DNA of 50,939 nucleotides from Chromera velia (GCA_018398765.1 JAHBMJ010000334.1:1-50939); one strand, 5' to 3'; shown: positions 1-14,099, numbered from the stretch's first letter. Made by a program: numbers and translations. Notes: generated by a model not told the origin, from the letters alone.

Positions 1-721
<721 letters not shown>

Positions 722-779
722 TAGGAAGTACTTAGTAAACACCGAAGAAGGCATTCAGATGGAGGAGCGTCAAGTATGA

Positions 780-1640
780 GGTCGCATGAGAGAGAGAGCT
801 AGTAGCGAGAGCAGTAACTAGGACAGAAGGAAGAGATGAAAGACGTATAGGCTAGATGCTAGGAACAAACTTTAAGTCAATGCCCCCCATATAGTATAAT
901 AGGCTTACTTTGGTTTAACTATTAACAAGTAATGGACCAATATGAGTATAATATATATATACATGATGATACATCACGGTATTACTATAACCTAGTTACT
1001 AATCTATAATACTAGGCTACTCTACAACCTATTAGTGTTAATCAGTATTTACTAATTACTAATTATTCATTCAACTAGAAAAAGTAATTAGTTTAATCTA
1101 ATATCGACCTCAACCACCTATGAGCTCTCTATATCTTCCCACAACCTTGCTTTTCCCGTCAAGATCGGCTGATCGTCACTCCGTGAGTCTCCGTCTATCC
1201 GAGTGCTACCGCTGCCACTGCCCCTCATTCAACTTGAAGCAAAATTAAAAGCCGCTTAGAGGGCTGCTTAGTTTTATAAGCCTTCAAATGCCTCATAAGG
1301 CCTCGGTTCTCGGCTAGCCTCGGTTCAATAAGCAAATTTATCTAGCTAGGAATTTATGAATAACATATCAAATAAGCGAGAGCATATGGCTTGCCAGCTT
1401 TAATCAAAACATCATCGCTATAGATATCATCGTCATCAACTAGCTCATATATTAGCTCATATACTGATGCGGCATAGCGAATTAATTAAACTTTAAGCAA
1501 AACCCTACGCAAAACCTAAACTATAAAAGCAAAAGAATCCATATATAAATGCATAAAACAGTAAATAAATATTAAAAATATCATATGGTATGAGACTATA
1601 TCAGTACGTATTAATTGATCAGGTCCCAATTTTTGGGCAA
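780..1640. other. AT-rich, TpA-enriched degenerate repeat-derived block
   Basis: Abrupt GC drop relative to flanking genes; dense TAG/TAA/CTA words; no ORF >60 aa in the track. Confidence 0.6.
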
Positions 1641-1970
1641 ATGATGCTGCAAATCTGATAGTACAAACGAAAAGTGAGAGATTCAATTTCTAAACAGTTG
1701 TTCAATTGAGTACATGTTTGAGATCGTCACCTTCAGAGTCTATAGTTAAGCGTCTGCATTTACACACCACTGGCAGTGAGATGATTTTCCTCTTGCGAGT
1801 GACCTTTCTGTGCCATTCTGAGTACACAAACCGACCCGATCAGTGAAATCCGCCTGCCAGACCAAGCAAGCCCCCCAGGGGCATTTGGGGATTCAAATTT
1901 GGGGTCCCTCCCAGGTCTTCGCGCTGTCCAAACAATCTGCACACAAGCACCACAAAGTATACAGTCTTGT

Positions 1971-3077
1971 TCATGTGCCAAGTGTCAGAGCTTGATTGAC
2001 TGCGTGAGAGGGAGCGGCTAATCCATAGCTGATCGATGAGAAAAAGGTGTTTATTTCCTTAATCTTGAGAGATGGCGCAGTCCGTCCGATCATCCATTCG
2101 TCCATTTATGTCAGCATTCATGCACACATACATGCATGCATGCAAACATTCATTCTTCCATACGTTTATTCATGCATGCATGCAAAGATTTATTCTTCCA
2201 AACGTGCATTCATGCATGCATACATGCATGCATGCACTCACCGTGTCACCTCCACGAGCAGGTTCGGGGTCTCCTTCAGCAAGTCGTAGTCCCTCGTTCT
2301 GCACAACCGAAATGAACAGTCATCCAATGTCACATACAGCATGTACACAGAGAGCGAGATGAGCAGGGAAGAAAAGACTTAGCGGAAGAGCGTCCCTGCG
2401 GATGCTCGATGCAAAGACGTCGAGAAGGATACAAACGACCACCTGCGGAGTGAAACAGTGGATGCCTGGGAAGTTCTTTCTGTTTCGGTCAATTGAGAGT
2501 GGGTATTTGTAACAACAGACAAGTGTCCCGAGGATCGTGCAACCGCCGCCACCGCCCCACCCCAACAAGCCCCCATGCAGATGGACACAGAACAGAGGGA
2601 ATCAGAGACTGACTGCGAGACTGCGCCAAAGTTGTCAACGATGAAGTGGACAGCACGTTGCCGAAGTGACGCGGCCTGCAAAGGAGGGAGGCGAAGAGAC
2701 GCACAGAGAGAAAGGTCAGAATGAGGCTATCTGAGCACAATTCATTGCATGCAAATCACAGTTGACGAACGACACAAAATGCGGTGGTTGCTTTTCCAAC
2801 TGATTAAAACCAAAGGACGCAATGCCTTTCATTGATCGTTCGATCGATCACGTTAATTTTGCGGATGTTCACAAACGCAAAGGACATGTCTGTATGTACC
2901 AACCAACCTGGTGTGTGTCTGCAAGTTGAAGGATTGTACACGAGTTCTCTGCAGACATGCGGTCCGCCAGTCTCTGTTCAATTTGAGAGACCAGGCGGGG
3001 GGCCCGAACTTTCGCAGCGACTCCGAGAAACTCCCCCAGAGTCTCAAAGGGAAGGTCGACAACCTCTCCTGCACACA

Positions 3078-3116
<39 letters not shown>

Positions 3117-3127
3117 ACGGACATAAG

Positions 3128-3167
<40 letters not shown>

Positions 3168-5639
3168 GAGTCGGAGGAGATTTTCCTAGAAGAATTTGGT
3201 AACAACGCTTCTCTTTGTCACCAAAGCTTTTACTGTCTCCCCCCTGTCTTGCCGAAAAAAATGTAATTTACTCGAACTATTGGCTTCCTTCTTATCCATT
3301 TTTCTCTGTTCTTCTTACTCTTTTCTCTTCTGCTGTCCTCCTGCCTCCCCTGAATGGTTTGTCTGTTCGTGTGAGACCAATCAACCGTTAAGTGCCGCAC
3401 GAATGAAATGGTTCAGGACTGGATACGTGAAGAGAAACCCACCACAGTAGAAATAAGTCATCAAAGCAAGGTAAGCTTCAAAGCCGGCCCCCTTCACAGG
3501 AACCTGGATGGATGGTCGTTGCAAAGAAGAAAAGACAGGGGGGGAACGGGATTGCAAAGAAGAAAAGACAGGGGGGGAACGGGATTTCAAAGAAGAAAAG
3601 ACAGGGGGGGAACGGGATTGCAAGGGATTTGTTTAGAAATGCAGACCAGCCTAGATTCAACTTTATTGAAGAAAGAAAGAGAAGAGGAAAAAGTATGCTT
3701 ACATGTATCGGTGTTGAAAGACGCCCATGAAAAGCGTGTTCCGTCCAGAACTAGTCAAGAAGGCGGGGAGTATCAAGAGGTACGGTCGAAAGAAAATACT
3801 GGCAGGCAAAAGCAAACGCGATTCCTTCCGCTGTACAAACAAGGAAAAGGTGCTTCAAGTATGCCGAAGAACAAAGAGACGCACAGAGCTTCTTCCCAAT
3901 CGATCATGTATGCAAATGCACATACACACAGTCCAAGACAGACCGTGACCATCGAGGGGACCCTTCCGATTCCTCCACGCTTGTCAATGCCCCCTCCGAG
4001 GCCTTGGCGTTCTTGTCCAGCCGCGCTTTCTCTGTCAACTCCCTCGAAGAGTTCCTTGAAGAATCGAGACTGAGAGGCGACAATGGCTCGGTGTGCAAAG
4101 ATCTCACGGTCCCCCACGAGCCTGCATGCAGAAGTGAATGAATCAATTGCCATCTCCTGCCGTCCACGTCAGTCACTAAGCAGAGCTGTGGCCATGTCGG
4201 ATTGTTCGGCTGCCTTCATGCGGTCCATGCAGCGCTGCACTCACTTCCTTTTTCTGTTTCTGGAAGCCGTTTCTTTTGGGCGAAGCAGCCATTCTGACCA
4301 ACCGACCGACCGACCGACCGACCGACCGACCGACTGACTGACTGACTGACTGACTGACTGACTGACAGGCGAACATCCGCGAGATCGGGAACGTTGACCA
4401 TCTGCCTCATGTTCTCCAAACATTCCTGCTTCTGCAGAAACAGGTTCAAATCCAGACATACGCAGAGTTAGATCTCTATCTCTTTCTCTTTCTCTCTCAT
4501 ACACACACACACACACACACACACATCCAAATGTATGCAGTGTTGTGGAAGACGGAAGCAGGTTGTGCCAAAGGACACGACAAAGAGGAATGTTTGAAGT
4601 TCTGTGGAACAAGAAACGTGTGGGTTCAGAACGCCTCTCAGCCACCTGCTTGGTTGCATGGTCATCTTTGGTTTCCTTGACTGACCGCAGCATGTGCCAA
4701 CTCGTCGTCTTTGTCGTTTCCACGCGAACTCCCCTCTGTGGTTTCGAAAGGTTGTCCCTGCTGTTGCGTCTCTGCCCCTGTTTTGCTGCTCATTCCCGCA
4801 ATTCCACTGGGACCCTTGGGCCAACCTCTGTTGGGCCCCTGCAGGGCTGAGGGGTGCTGCTGAAGAGGGGAGCCCTGGGATTTGTGCATTTGCCGACGCT
4901 GGTGCTGGTTGAATCCCTGCAGCTGTCCACTTTGTTGAAAGCTGTTTGACTGCTGCATTGGATGCAGTGGAAAGTCAGGAGCTGAGGGCACCGAGTGATG
5001 AGAGCCTGTAAGGTCCTGACGCAGACTGCTGTGGGAGTGTTCCAATAGACCCTGCTGGGGCTGTGTTTGTTGCTGCATCTGGTGAACTTGTGTCAGTTGG
5101 GTCTGGGGTGAGCCAGACAGGTTTCTCTGTAGGATGAAGAGGGGATGGTGTTGCAGAACTGCAGAGGAAGAAGCAGCAGCTGCTTGGACCTCTTCAGACT
5201 GATTTGTACTCATGGGCCCCGGCATGAAATGGGGCCCCGGCATCTGGAGACTGTTGGCGTTGGACTGAAGTCCTGACACAAACACGGGGACCTCCTGTCC
5301 TCCCCCCTCTCCCTGTTGTTGTTGTTGTTGATGCTGTTGCTGTAGACGAATGGAGGCAGGGCCTTCTGTAGGCACGGAGAGGGAGTACGCCAAGGACGAG
5401 GTAGGCTCAGCGTTTAGCGGCAGGGTGGATGGTGGTTGAGGTGAAGGTGCGTGTGCAGGGACGTCCCCGGTCTCTGCCCTCTGCAGAGTCATGGGAGGTC
5501 TGCGGGGAGCAGGGGCCTTGACGGCAGGGGGGGAGCGGGGGGGGCGGGAAGAGGAAGGGAGGATCACCCGGAGAGCGTGCAGATCCGACAGCCTGCAGGG
5601 TCAACAAGGGAAGGGAGGGGAGGGGAGTGGGGCGTGAGA

Positions 5640-5672
<33 letters not shown>

Positions 5673-7363
5673 GACTGCCGCATGCAGGTCTGGAGAATGG
5701 AAAACAAAACCACGAGCTGTCCAGTGAGATCGAGAGGTGTTTCCTGTGAAAGCAACGAAGGGAAACGAGACTGAATAGACAAACAAACACAAAGAAAGAG
5801 ACCCAGACTGCCCGTCAGCCAGCGACAAACCAGATGAATATGCAGTCAGCATGAAGGGCCCGACAGAAAGAGGAGACAGACATGAAATAAAACCATGCTT
5901 GCCGATTTGTTTGGATCCTTGATTGGTTAGAAAATGTCATGGAACACGAGATCACTCTCTCTACCCATCCCTTCCTGGTCTCTCTCTCTGAGCCTCGGCG
6001 ACTGACCATTCACTACCGTCAAATCCCCCGAAGACCAGAACCTCAGCTATGGCGCTGCCTCCTTGGGGCTGCGTAGAGAGAGTGGAGAGCGCCGTGCTGT
6101 GCCGTTGGCGGGGTGCGGGGGCGCTTGACATGTCGGCTCTGCATCATCAAGACAGGTCATTGAAAAATGCAAAACTGCTCTCTGGCCCACACGTTTCAGC
6201 AGGCAAAGTATCGGAGAGCGACAAAGCGACAATAGCACCAGAAGGCAGAAACAATCAGACAAAGAAATGGGGATAGAGGGAGCGCACACAGAAATAAGAT
6301 CAAGTTTCGGACTGACACGACTTCTGTCCACTCGTTTGTCTGCGTGTTGAACACGAATGAGCTGTTGCATCTGCTCTGTCCGCAGTACCTGCAGAGAAGG
6401 AGACAGCAATATGTAAACCGCCTCGTACGCGAGCCTCAAGACATGCCGTAAAGAAAATGAATTAAGAGGTTAGCAGAATTCGAACACAAGCAGATAGAAG
6501 GACAGAGAGAAAAAGGAGAAAGAGGGTCTGTAGAGATGCAGGAAGGAGACCAAAGATCCACAATGACCACTTCCCCGAACACCCAGCCCGCCCCAGCAAG
6601 AATTAACCCACTCACCCCCCAAACATGATGATCGAATCCCCGGCGGTCGTCATGGAGTGTCCCCGTACCCCGACTGGAAGACTCCCAGACACGGCAGGCT
6701 GCATAGATGGGATGGGTCGATAGGGAAACGTATTTCATGCCGCATGCCAAGAGAGAAGAGTGAAACGCGCTGGCCGGCCCGACAGCGGGACCGTGGAAGA
6801 AAATACAAGGAAGGTAACCTATCTCACAGTACTGCTGATCAGATTTCCTTCAAAGACCAAACAGACTTATCACATGACGGAGAGCAACACCAGAAGCCAA
6901 AAAAGACGCCAGAATGGTTTGGAATATCAAGAGAAATCCACACGAAAAAAAACAGAAACGGGGACACACTTGCACGTAGAGGAAACGAAGCCCCAGAGAG
7001 AGACACACACATGCAGGGAGACAGACTGACGCACGCAGAGAGACCCACCCGAGTCCAAGAGAAGTTTGTGACATCAAAAACGTCCAAAGTCTCGATGTGT
7101 TCCTTGCCCGAGTGACCCCCAAACACGAAGAACTTGTCTCGAATGCCGCACGCTGCATGGGCATTCCGACGCTGCAGACATAGATCGATAGAGGTGTCTT
7201 TTTTTTTGTTCAACAGGCGCAGCTCGCGGTCGTCTTCCCACACACTCCACGGTTACAATGATCACTGCATCTGTTTCAGCAGATGGCAAAGAAAGGTCCA
7301 AGGAAGTGCCCACATCCAACAAGCAAATGAAGCGCCAAACACAGCAAGTTCAACCCAGCCACC

Positions 7364-7415
<52 letters not shown>

Positions 7416-8408
7416 CACAAAGAGAGAGAGAGAGAAAGAGAGGCTGAAGGATACACATCCACAAAGAGAAAGCCCGTCTATCCATATAATCACCAATTCC
7501 CACCTGCAGGTGTGCCGGTGAGAGTGCTCTCTTCCAGGACCAAGTATTCAGGTCCAAAAGATGAAGCTCATCATTGCACCCGCATCCGTCGTATCCCCCG
7601 AAGACCAGAAGAAAGTTCTTTACTCGCGTCAACGTATGGCAGGCACGAGCAGAAGGAGGCGGTCCGCTCGTCTCGCACACCGTCCACACCGCCTCCTTCG
7701 TCTCCAGCATGTGGCGCACGTCGAGCATGTGCAGGTCCTGGAGCCAGAACTTCCCGTCGTGACCCCCATGGATGAAGAGCTGGGCACCAAAGGCATCCGC
7801 AGCATGCTGCAACATCAATATTCCAGTGTGAGCACACATGAACAAAATGAGCATGCGTATATATGTATATGCATTCCAATTCTCACTAAAACTTTTCTGT
7901 ACCGACATCAAAAGATTGAGAACTCCACCACCACTGCGCGTCCATATGCGTACACATCCCTGCCCACTGAGGCACCATCCACAGAACTTCACCCAAACCT
8001 CATACGGGCATTCTTCGCTGCAGGTGTTGCTTCGATGTACAGTCATACATGTAGGGCGACTGACGTTGTTTCGAGGCGACGGTGTGTGTGGCGTAGGTGC
8101 GTAACATCTCCAGACGCTTGTTTTGGGGTCGAAAGAGTACAAATCGTTCATGCCCTCCTTCCTGCAACAGACAAATGGGACGGGGGGGTGAATGGGCCGT
8201 TTGTGATGTTCAAGATCTGTTCAATGTTGTGCGAGCATGTAAATTGCCTTTCACTTGACGCAACACTGTGATTACTATATACCTACCCGTTCCATCCTCC
8301 AAAGACAACATAAACTCCCTGGACAAAGTGAGCAACGTGTGCTGCACGTGAGCAAGGCCCCCCACGAACGGAGCAGTCCTCTGATATGCACTTCCACTCG
8401 CCCTGCAT
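1971..8408 (-). CDS. Kelch-repeat + BTB/POZ (+BACK-like) protein, LZTR1-like architecture, 15 exons
   Basis: Phase-consistent GT-AG exons: 8408-8287, 8161-8065, 7806-7504, 7171-7049, 6698-6616, 6388-6317, 6138-6007, 5592-4686, 4431-4367, 4121-3950, 3503-3443, 3068-2908, 2675-2614, 2298-2242, 2028-1971 (TGA). Six Kelch blades (FGGWNG, HGGHDG, FGGYDG, FGGHSG, FGGYCG, FGGFDG), BTB motif ADVRLLVGDREIFAHRAIVASQSRFFKELF..YFYCG, then ENSCTILQLADTHQAASLRQRAVHFIVDNF. Confidence 0.88.
3519..3623. repeat. 33-bp minisatellite, ~3.2 copies, intronic
   Basis: Unit TTGCAAAGAAGAAAAGACAGGGGGGGAACGGGA at 3519, 3552, 3585. Confidence 0.9.
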
Positions 8409-8639
8409 GGCGGCGTACTGTGTTTTTTGAGTCAAGCAAGCAAGACTTTGCGCGAACAGCACACACTGCAACGGAGAGTAAACTCAGAGCGGTCAGTTTA
8501 AGGGCAATCCAAAGCGTACAGCTTTGAGACTCAGCCCTGTCTGGGTCTACGACAACAAAAGAAATTGCGTCTTTGCCTGCTGCATCAGAGCTAGACAGTG
8601 TGGAGTCTACAATCAGATGATTCGATCTATCGATCATGC

Positions 8640-8830
8640 ATTTAAGCAACACTGAGTTCAGGCATGCATGTCGATCGACAGAAAAATGCGTGTTCGTGCC
8701 GGGGCCCTTCGTTAGATGCATCTCGCCGCGGGGTTCGCGCGCGGGGCGGGCCGTCCCGGGCCCCATGCATGAGGGCCCTACATGGCATTCTCATGCGCAT
8801 GCATGTCATTCATGCCGGGGCCCAGCGCCA
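8640..8830. promoter_or_regulatory. Putative bidirectional promoter, GC/CpG-rich, between the Kelch-BTB and carrier genes
   Basis: Lies in the ~590-bp gap between divergent starts (8408-, 8996+); repeated GGGCCC and TGCATG words and CGCGCGCGGGG. Confidence 0.5.
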
Positions 8831-8995
8831 CTGCCAGAGAATTCGATTCCTGTCATCAAATTCTCGCACTGAGTTGACTCTGGAGCTTGATCTGCAGTAG
8901 CAGTGTAGTTTCAGTGACACAGAGGTATGTGCATGTAGACCTTGTACAAGATGGCTTGTCCCCTGTCCGCATGAGTGCACATGCATAGCGGTGAT

Positions 8996-9907
8996 ATGGA
9001 GACAAGCGTCGATTCAGGTTCCGGTACAGCGTCTCGTAGACGGAAGCCCGTCTCCGAGTCTCAGCTGTATCTCTTCAGCCTTCTAACGCTAGGAGGAGCT
9101 GGTGCGTTGACCCGTTTATTTGTGGCGCCTCTGGACCGCTTGAAGATCATTGTGCAGGTCCAACCTTCAGCATGGAGGGATGCCGGGGTGCTGGGCTCCC
9201 CCTGGACAGCCCTCAAATGTCCGTCAGACAGTTTCCGTCTCCGATTTTCTCCTCCAAGGAAAGAATGTCTGGGATCATTCTGCGGTTTAAGACCTCTTCA
9301 ATCTGTATTCTCTCGGAACAATTCCTCTTGAGGAGGCCCATGCGTCCCAACCCTTTGTCCTTTCCCTCTCCCTTTCGTGCATGCGTGCATGCCTCTGCGT
9401 TCTCCATTACACCTCCTTCAGCCCTTGAATTATTCTCATCCCGCCCTCATCCATTCCCCGAACGCAGACACCTACAAAAGGCAACGCCTTCTGTCCTTCT
9501 GGTGGGGATTCGGCCCTCACATGTACAACGTCTTTCAGACCACAGCTCTCCGTCTCTGGGCGTACTCCTCCTTCCGCCCCCACGCATTCCCTGGAGGAGA
9601 GTACGCATACTCGGGTACTGAGCTCTATGTCCGTACCTGCTGCTGCCTCTTTGCTGCCTCCAGCAGTGCCATGGCCTTGTCGTACCCGCTGGATGTTGTG
9701 TACACACGGCTGGCAAGCGACGGGGGAAGGGCGGGGGCAGGGCACAAGAGGTTCTATAGAGGATTCTTCGACTGTGCAATTCAGAGCGTGAGGAGGGAGG
9801 GTCAGTCGGACGAGGGGTGAGGCAAGAGGGAGTCCTAGAGAAATGCAGGACTGAAGATCATGTGCACGTCTGCATGCGGACCTCTCGCCTCCTCTGTTTT
9901 TATGTCT

Positions 9908-9950
<43 letters not shown>

Positions 9951-10411
9951 CCTGTGTGTGTGAGAGAGAGAGCATTTGTGTGGTGTTTGACTCTCATCCC
10001 CTCCGTGCAGGATTTTGGTCGTTGTACAGGGGGTTCCCCCTCTCTCTGGCCACCGCCATCCCCTTCATTGCCGTCTCCGTGGCCTGTCTGGAGACTCTGG
10101 ATGCCGCCTTCCTTCAGTCAAGACGGAGGTTCATCAAGGAGGAGTTCCCCTCGTACTTGCCTTCCATGCAGAGACAGGGGCAGGGGGAGAAAGAGGAGAA
10201 GGAGCGAAAATGGGGACAGCAGACTGTGGTTCAGGAGACGGAAGCAAAGAGGACGAGCAGCAGAGAAGGAGAAGAGAGAAGCTCCCAATCCTGGATTCCT
10301 CCCGTCTCACAGAGGTCAGACAGACAGACAGACAGACAGAGCGAGGAAGGGAATAAAACAAAAATAGAGACAACAATTTGACATGTAAAGACACACGCGC
10401 GCGCACACACG

Positions 10412-10446
<35 letters not shown>

Positions 10447-13149
10447 TCACACACAGAGAGAGAGAGAGAGAGGGAGCTCGGGATGGAGGGAGAACGACTG
10501 ATTGAGTGTGACTGGCCTTATGAGAGAAACAGAAGAAGGATGAGGGAGGAAGAGTACTCAGATTATCTTTTCTTGACTCGCAGTACTCAGATTATCTTTT
10601 CTTGACTCGCAGCCAGACCTGCCTCCTCGAGTTTCTCTGTGCACGTCTTTCTACTGGGTCGATAGTGTCCTTTTCTATTCAACTCGGTGTCCTTCTCTCT
10701 ATTAGCGGCTGCAAGCCTCCTTCCTTTTTCCTCCTGCCTGTCTCTCTAGTTGTGCAAATCGGTTCCTCTCCATCTTCCAGTGTGCGGAAGACCATCATTG
10801 AGTTTGACTGAAGTGAATGAATGTGATTGCATGCATGTGCAGAACGGACCTGGAGAGTCTCGGTACAGCTGCCAGAAGACTGATGGGGGAGGAGAAGGGA
10901 GACCTCGCTGTGAAGTCCATGGAGGAAAAGAGACACAGAACGTACATGGAGAGGGTGAGAACGCGCAGGTGAGTGAGCGTGAAGGGAAGCAGAGAGGGGG
11001 GGGGGCAATCAGTTTGTGAAGCGGTTTGGGCGGTTTGGACAGTCATTTTTTGAATTGTTCCTGTGTGTTCATTGTTCTCTCTTCGGTCGTTTCTTTCGTT
11101 TTTCCGCCGTCATGCCTTTCATCATTCACCCATTCATTTGTTTATTCTTTCATTCAATTCGCATTCATTCATCATGCCTTTTCCTCCCGTTTCCTCCTTC
11201 CTACCCTGCCTTCTCTCCTTCTGTCTTCAGGAAACTCCCGCCCCTGTGTTTTTCCCTTTGCCATCTTCCTTCTGCCCCCTTGGCTTCTGTTCTTCCCCCC
11301 CCCCCCGTCGCTCCATTTATTCGCGCTTTCTCCCCTTGGAAATGCAGGCAGAACATTCAAGAGAGCGCAGCGGCCTCACCTGACGCGGGGTGGGAGACGG
11401 GGGAGGAAGCAGACGACACAAGGGCAACAGAGGGAAGAGAGGGCCAAGAGGAGGGACACGTGAATACAATGCAAGCGAGACGGGAAGGAGGTACAGGACA
11501 GTCCGCCAGTTGTTATGGAAAGTCCTCATCTCACTCTCCTGCTCCGTCGATACCCTGTACGCCTTCGTCTTCCTCCACATCTTCAAGTGNTGCAAATCGG
11601 TTCCTCTCCATCTTCCAGTGTGCGGAAGACCATCATTGAGTTTGACTGAAGTGAATGAATGTGATTGCATGCATGTGCAGAACGGACCTGGAGAGTCTCG
11701 GTACAGCTGCCAGAAGACTGATGGGGGAGGAGAAGGGAGACCTCGCTGTGAAGTCCATGGAGGAAAAGAGACACAGAACGTACATGGAGAGGGTGAGAAC
11801 GCGCAGGTGAGTGAGCGTGAAGGGAAGCAGAGAGGGGGGGGGGCAATCAGTTTGTGAAGCGGTTTGGGCGGTTTGGACAGTCATTTTTTGAATTGTTCCT
11901 GTGTGTTCATTGTTCTCTCTTCGGTCGTTTCTTTCGTTTTTCCGCCGTCATGCCTTTCATCATTCACCCATTCATTTGTTTATTCTTTCATTCAATTCGC
12001 ATTCATTCATCATGCCTTTTCCTCCCGTTTCCTCCTTCCTACCCTGCCTTCTCTCCTTCTGTCTTCAGGAAACTCCCGCCCCTGTGTTTTTCCCTTTGCC
12101 ATCTTCCTTCTGCCCCCTTGGCTTCTGTTCTTCCCCCCCCCCCCGTCGCTCCATTTATTCGCGCTTTCTCCCCTTGGAAATGCAGGCAGAACATTCAAGA
12201 GAGCGCAGCGGCCTCACCTGACGCGGGGTGGGAGACGGGGGAGGAAGCAGACGACACAAGGGCAACAGAGGGAAGAGAGGGCCAAGAGGAGGGACACGTG
12301 AATACAATGCAAGCGAGACGGGAAGGAGGTACAGGACAGTCCGCCAGTTGTTATGGAAAGTCCTCATCTCACTCTCCTGCTCCGTCGATACCCTGTACGC
12401 CTTCGTCTTCCTCCACATCTTCAAGTGAGAGCTCAACGCAATCACAGGCTCTGCTGGGTGAGGGGAAAGCAACAGGGGAGGTCACCCCCTTCAGGCTGTT
12501 CCCGTCCAATCTCCTCATAGGCGTCGGCTCTGGTTGGATCGCCCAGACATTGACTTACCCTCTTGACACCATTCGGTCAGTGACTTTTGACTCACCCTCT
12601 CCATATTGTGAGTAGCAGTCAGAGGAAGATACAAACGGGGAGAATAGGCGGACATATCGAGACAGACTGATGGACAGGGCGTCACTCGACCGCTCCCTGA
12701 GGCAGGCAGGTAAACAGGCGACGTCGCACAGAAAAAACGGAAGAAAGTTTCTTTCTGTCCTTCAGCAGAACGGCAAACCTGTAATCTTTCAATCGTGTCT
12801 TTGTGTGATGTAGTGAGATCCTCTCTCCTTTCCTTTTCACATCACTCCACTTCGTTTCCTCCCTGTTCGGATGGATTGATTGATTGCATGAATCCCCAGG
12901 AGACGGTGGCAATTCGACGGTTGTGATCCTGGAAAGGGATTGAAGAGGGAGTACAACAGTCTTGCTGCGTGCTTTCGGGTCAGTCAGAATTAAGGGGCTG
13001 ACATCAGATAAGAGCCTTGCCGCATTCGTTGATAGACCATCGATCGATGCCTTTTTGGGTGTGAGACCATTCGTGTTCACATCGTGGTTGTTTTGTCTGC
13101 GCACACGATTCGCGCGTGTGTATGCATGCGTTTGTGTGTATGTGTGTAT

Positions 13150-13196
<47 letters not shown>

Positions 13197-13834
13197 CGCG
13201 CGCATGTGTACAAATACAACTGAACGGGCTCAGGAGTCGCCCTCGCCACAAAGTAGATCTGGAAAGAGGCGGAGGAGCTGTGCGACACTGCACGCAAACC
13301 CGTTCGTGTGTTGTTTTTAGTCGCAGGAGAGGTAGTCAGAGGATTCTGCAATGATTTTTGTGTCTCTATCTCACTCTGCGTCCTGATATCTTTCTGGCGT
13401 GCAGGGTGTTACTAAAAATGGAGGGTGGTTACGCCTTTACGCAGGTCAGATCAAAAAGAGTGAAATTTGCACTTTCCAGCTTGATCTATTGATTGACTGA
13501 AGCAAAGAGCGCAAGATTTTCTGCTCTTTTGTTTCTGTTGTCAGAGCTTCATGCGATTCACACAAAGAAGTGTTTTTCAAATCTTCTTCACTTCGCCTTC
13601 AGGTTTTTGGGGAAGCTGCGCTCATTTTTCTCCAATACGCGTTTGTCTTCAAAAATTAATTTTCCCCCTCCAACACTTTTTTAATTCTTCACACTAAGAT
13701 TGTCTGGTGGATTTTTTGTCTCCGCTTGCTTGCGGTCTAGTGCAGGTGTCGGCATCAATCTTTTGAAAACACTACCGGAATGCTTCATCCTGTGCGCCCT
13801 CTATTACACGATCAAAACAGAGATTGCACCCTGA
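8996..13834 (+). CDS. Mitochondrial carrier family (SLC25) protein, 8 exons
   Basis: Exons 8996-9157, 9422-9800, 10011-10313, 10843-10968 (artefactual copy 11681-11806), 12186-12575, 12900-12978, 13405-13444, 13746-13834 (TGA). Three Px[DE]xx[KR] signatures (APLDRLK, YPLDVVYTR, YPLDTIRRR) plus EGFWSLYRG and NGGWLRLYAG. Alternative upstream ATG at 8981. Confidence 0.88.
10753..12427. other. Apparently identical 837-bp direct duplication separated by a single N at 11590 (probable unmerged contig overlap)
   Basis: 10753-11589 repeats at 11591-12427 with no difference I could see; the junction base is N; the first copy truncates an exon mid-way. Confidence 0.85.
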
Positions 13835-14099
13835 GCTGGACCCTGAGACTGCAAACAAACCAGAACTGCAAGTATGTGCTTTCACAGGTTTTTGTTGTCC
13901 TTGAAATTGTGTTGTGAGCCCTAGTGCGAGCCCCAGTCGAGGCCCCAGTACGTGTCAAACATGCAAATTTATATGGTTTCATGCAATCATCCACCCCATC
14001 ATCTAGCCCATCATCCAGTGACATCCACCCAGTCATTCATATTCTGCGTCATAATATGATTCAAGTTGTAAGAAGAGAACCTATATCCTCAAGCTGCAT

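Noticed and set aside
7276..8271. 291-aa (-) and 236-aa (+) ORFs as single-exon genes
   Set aside because: The minus ORF reads through introns of the Kelch gene; the plus ORF is its antisense shadow.
10753..12427. Biological exon duplication in the carrier gene
   Set aside because: The copies look identical, meet at a single N and break an exon mid-way, which is typical of an unmerged contig overlap.
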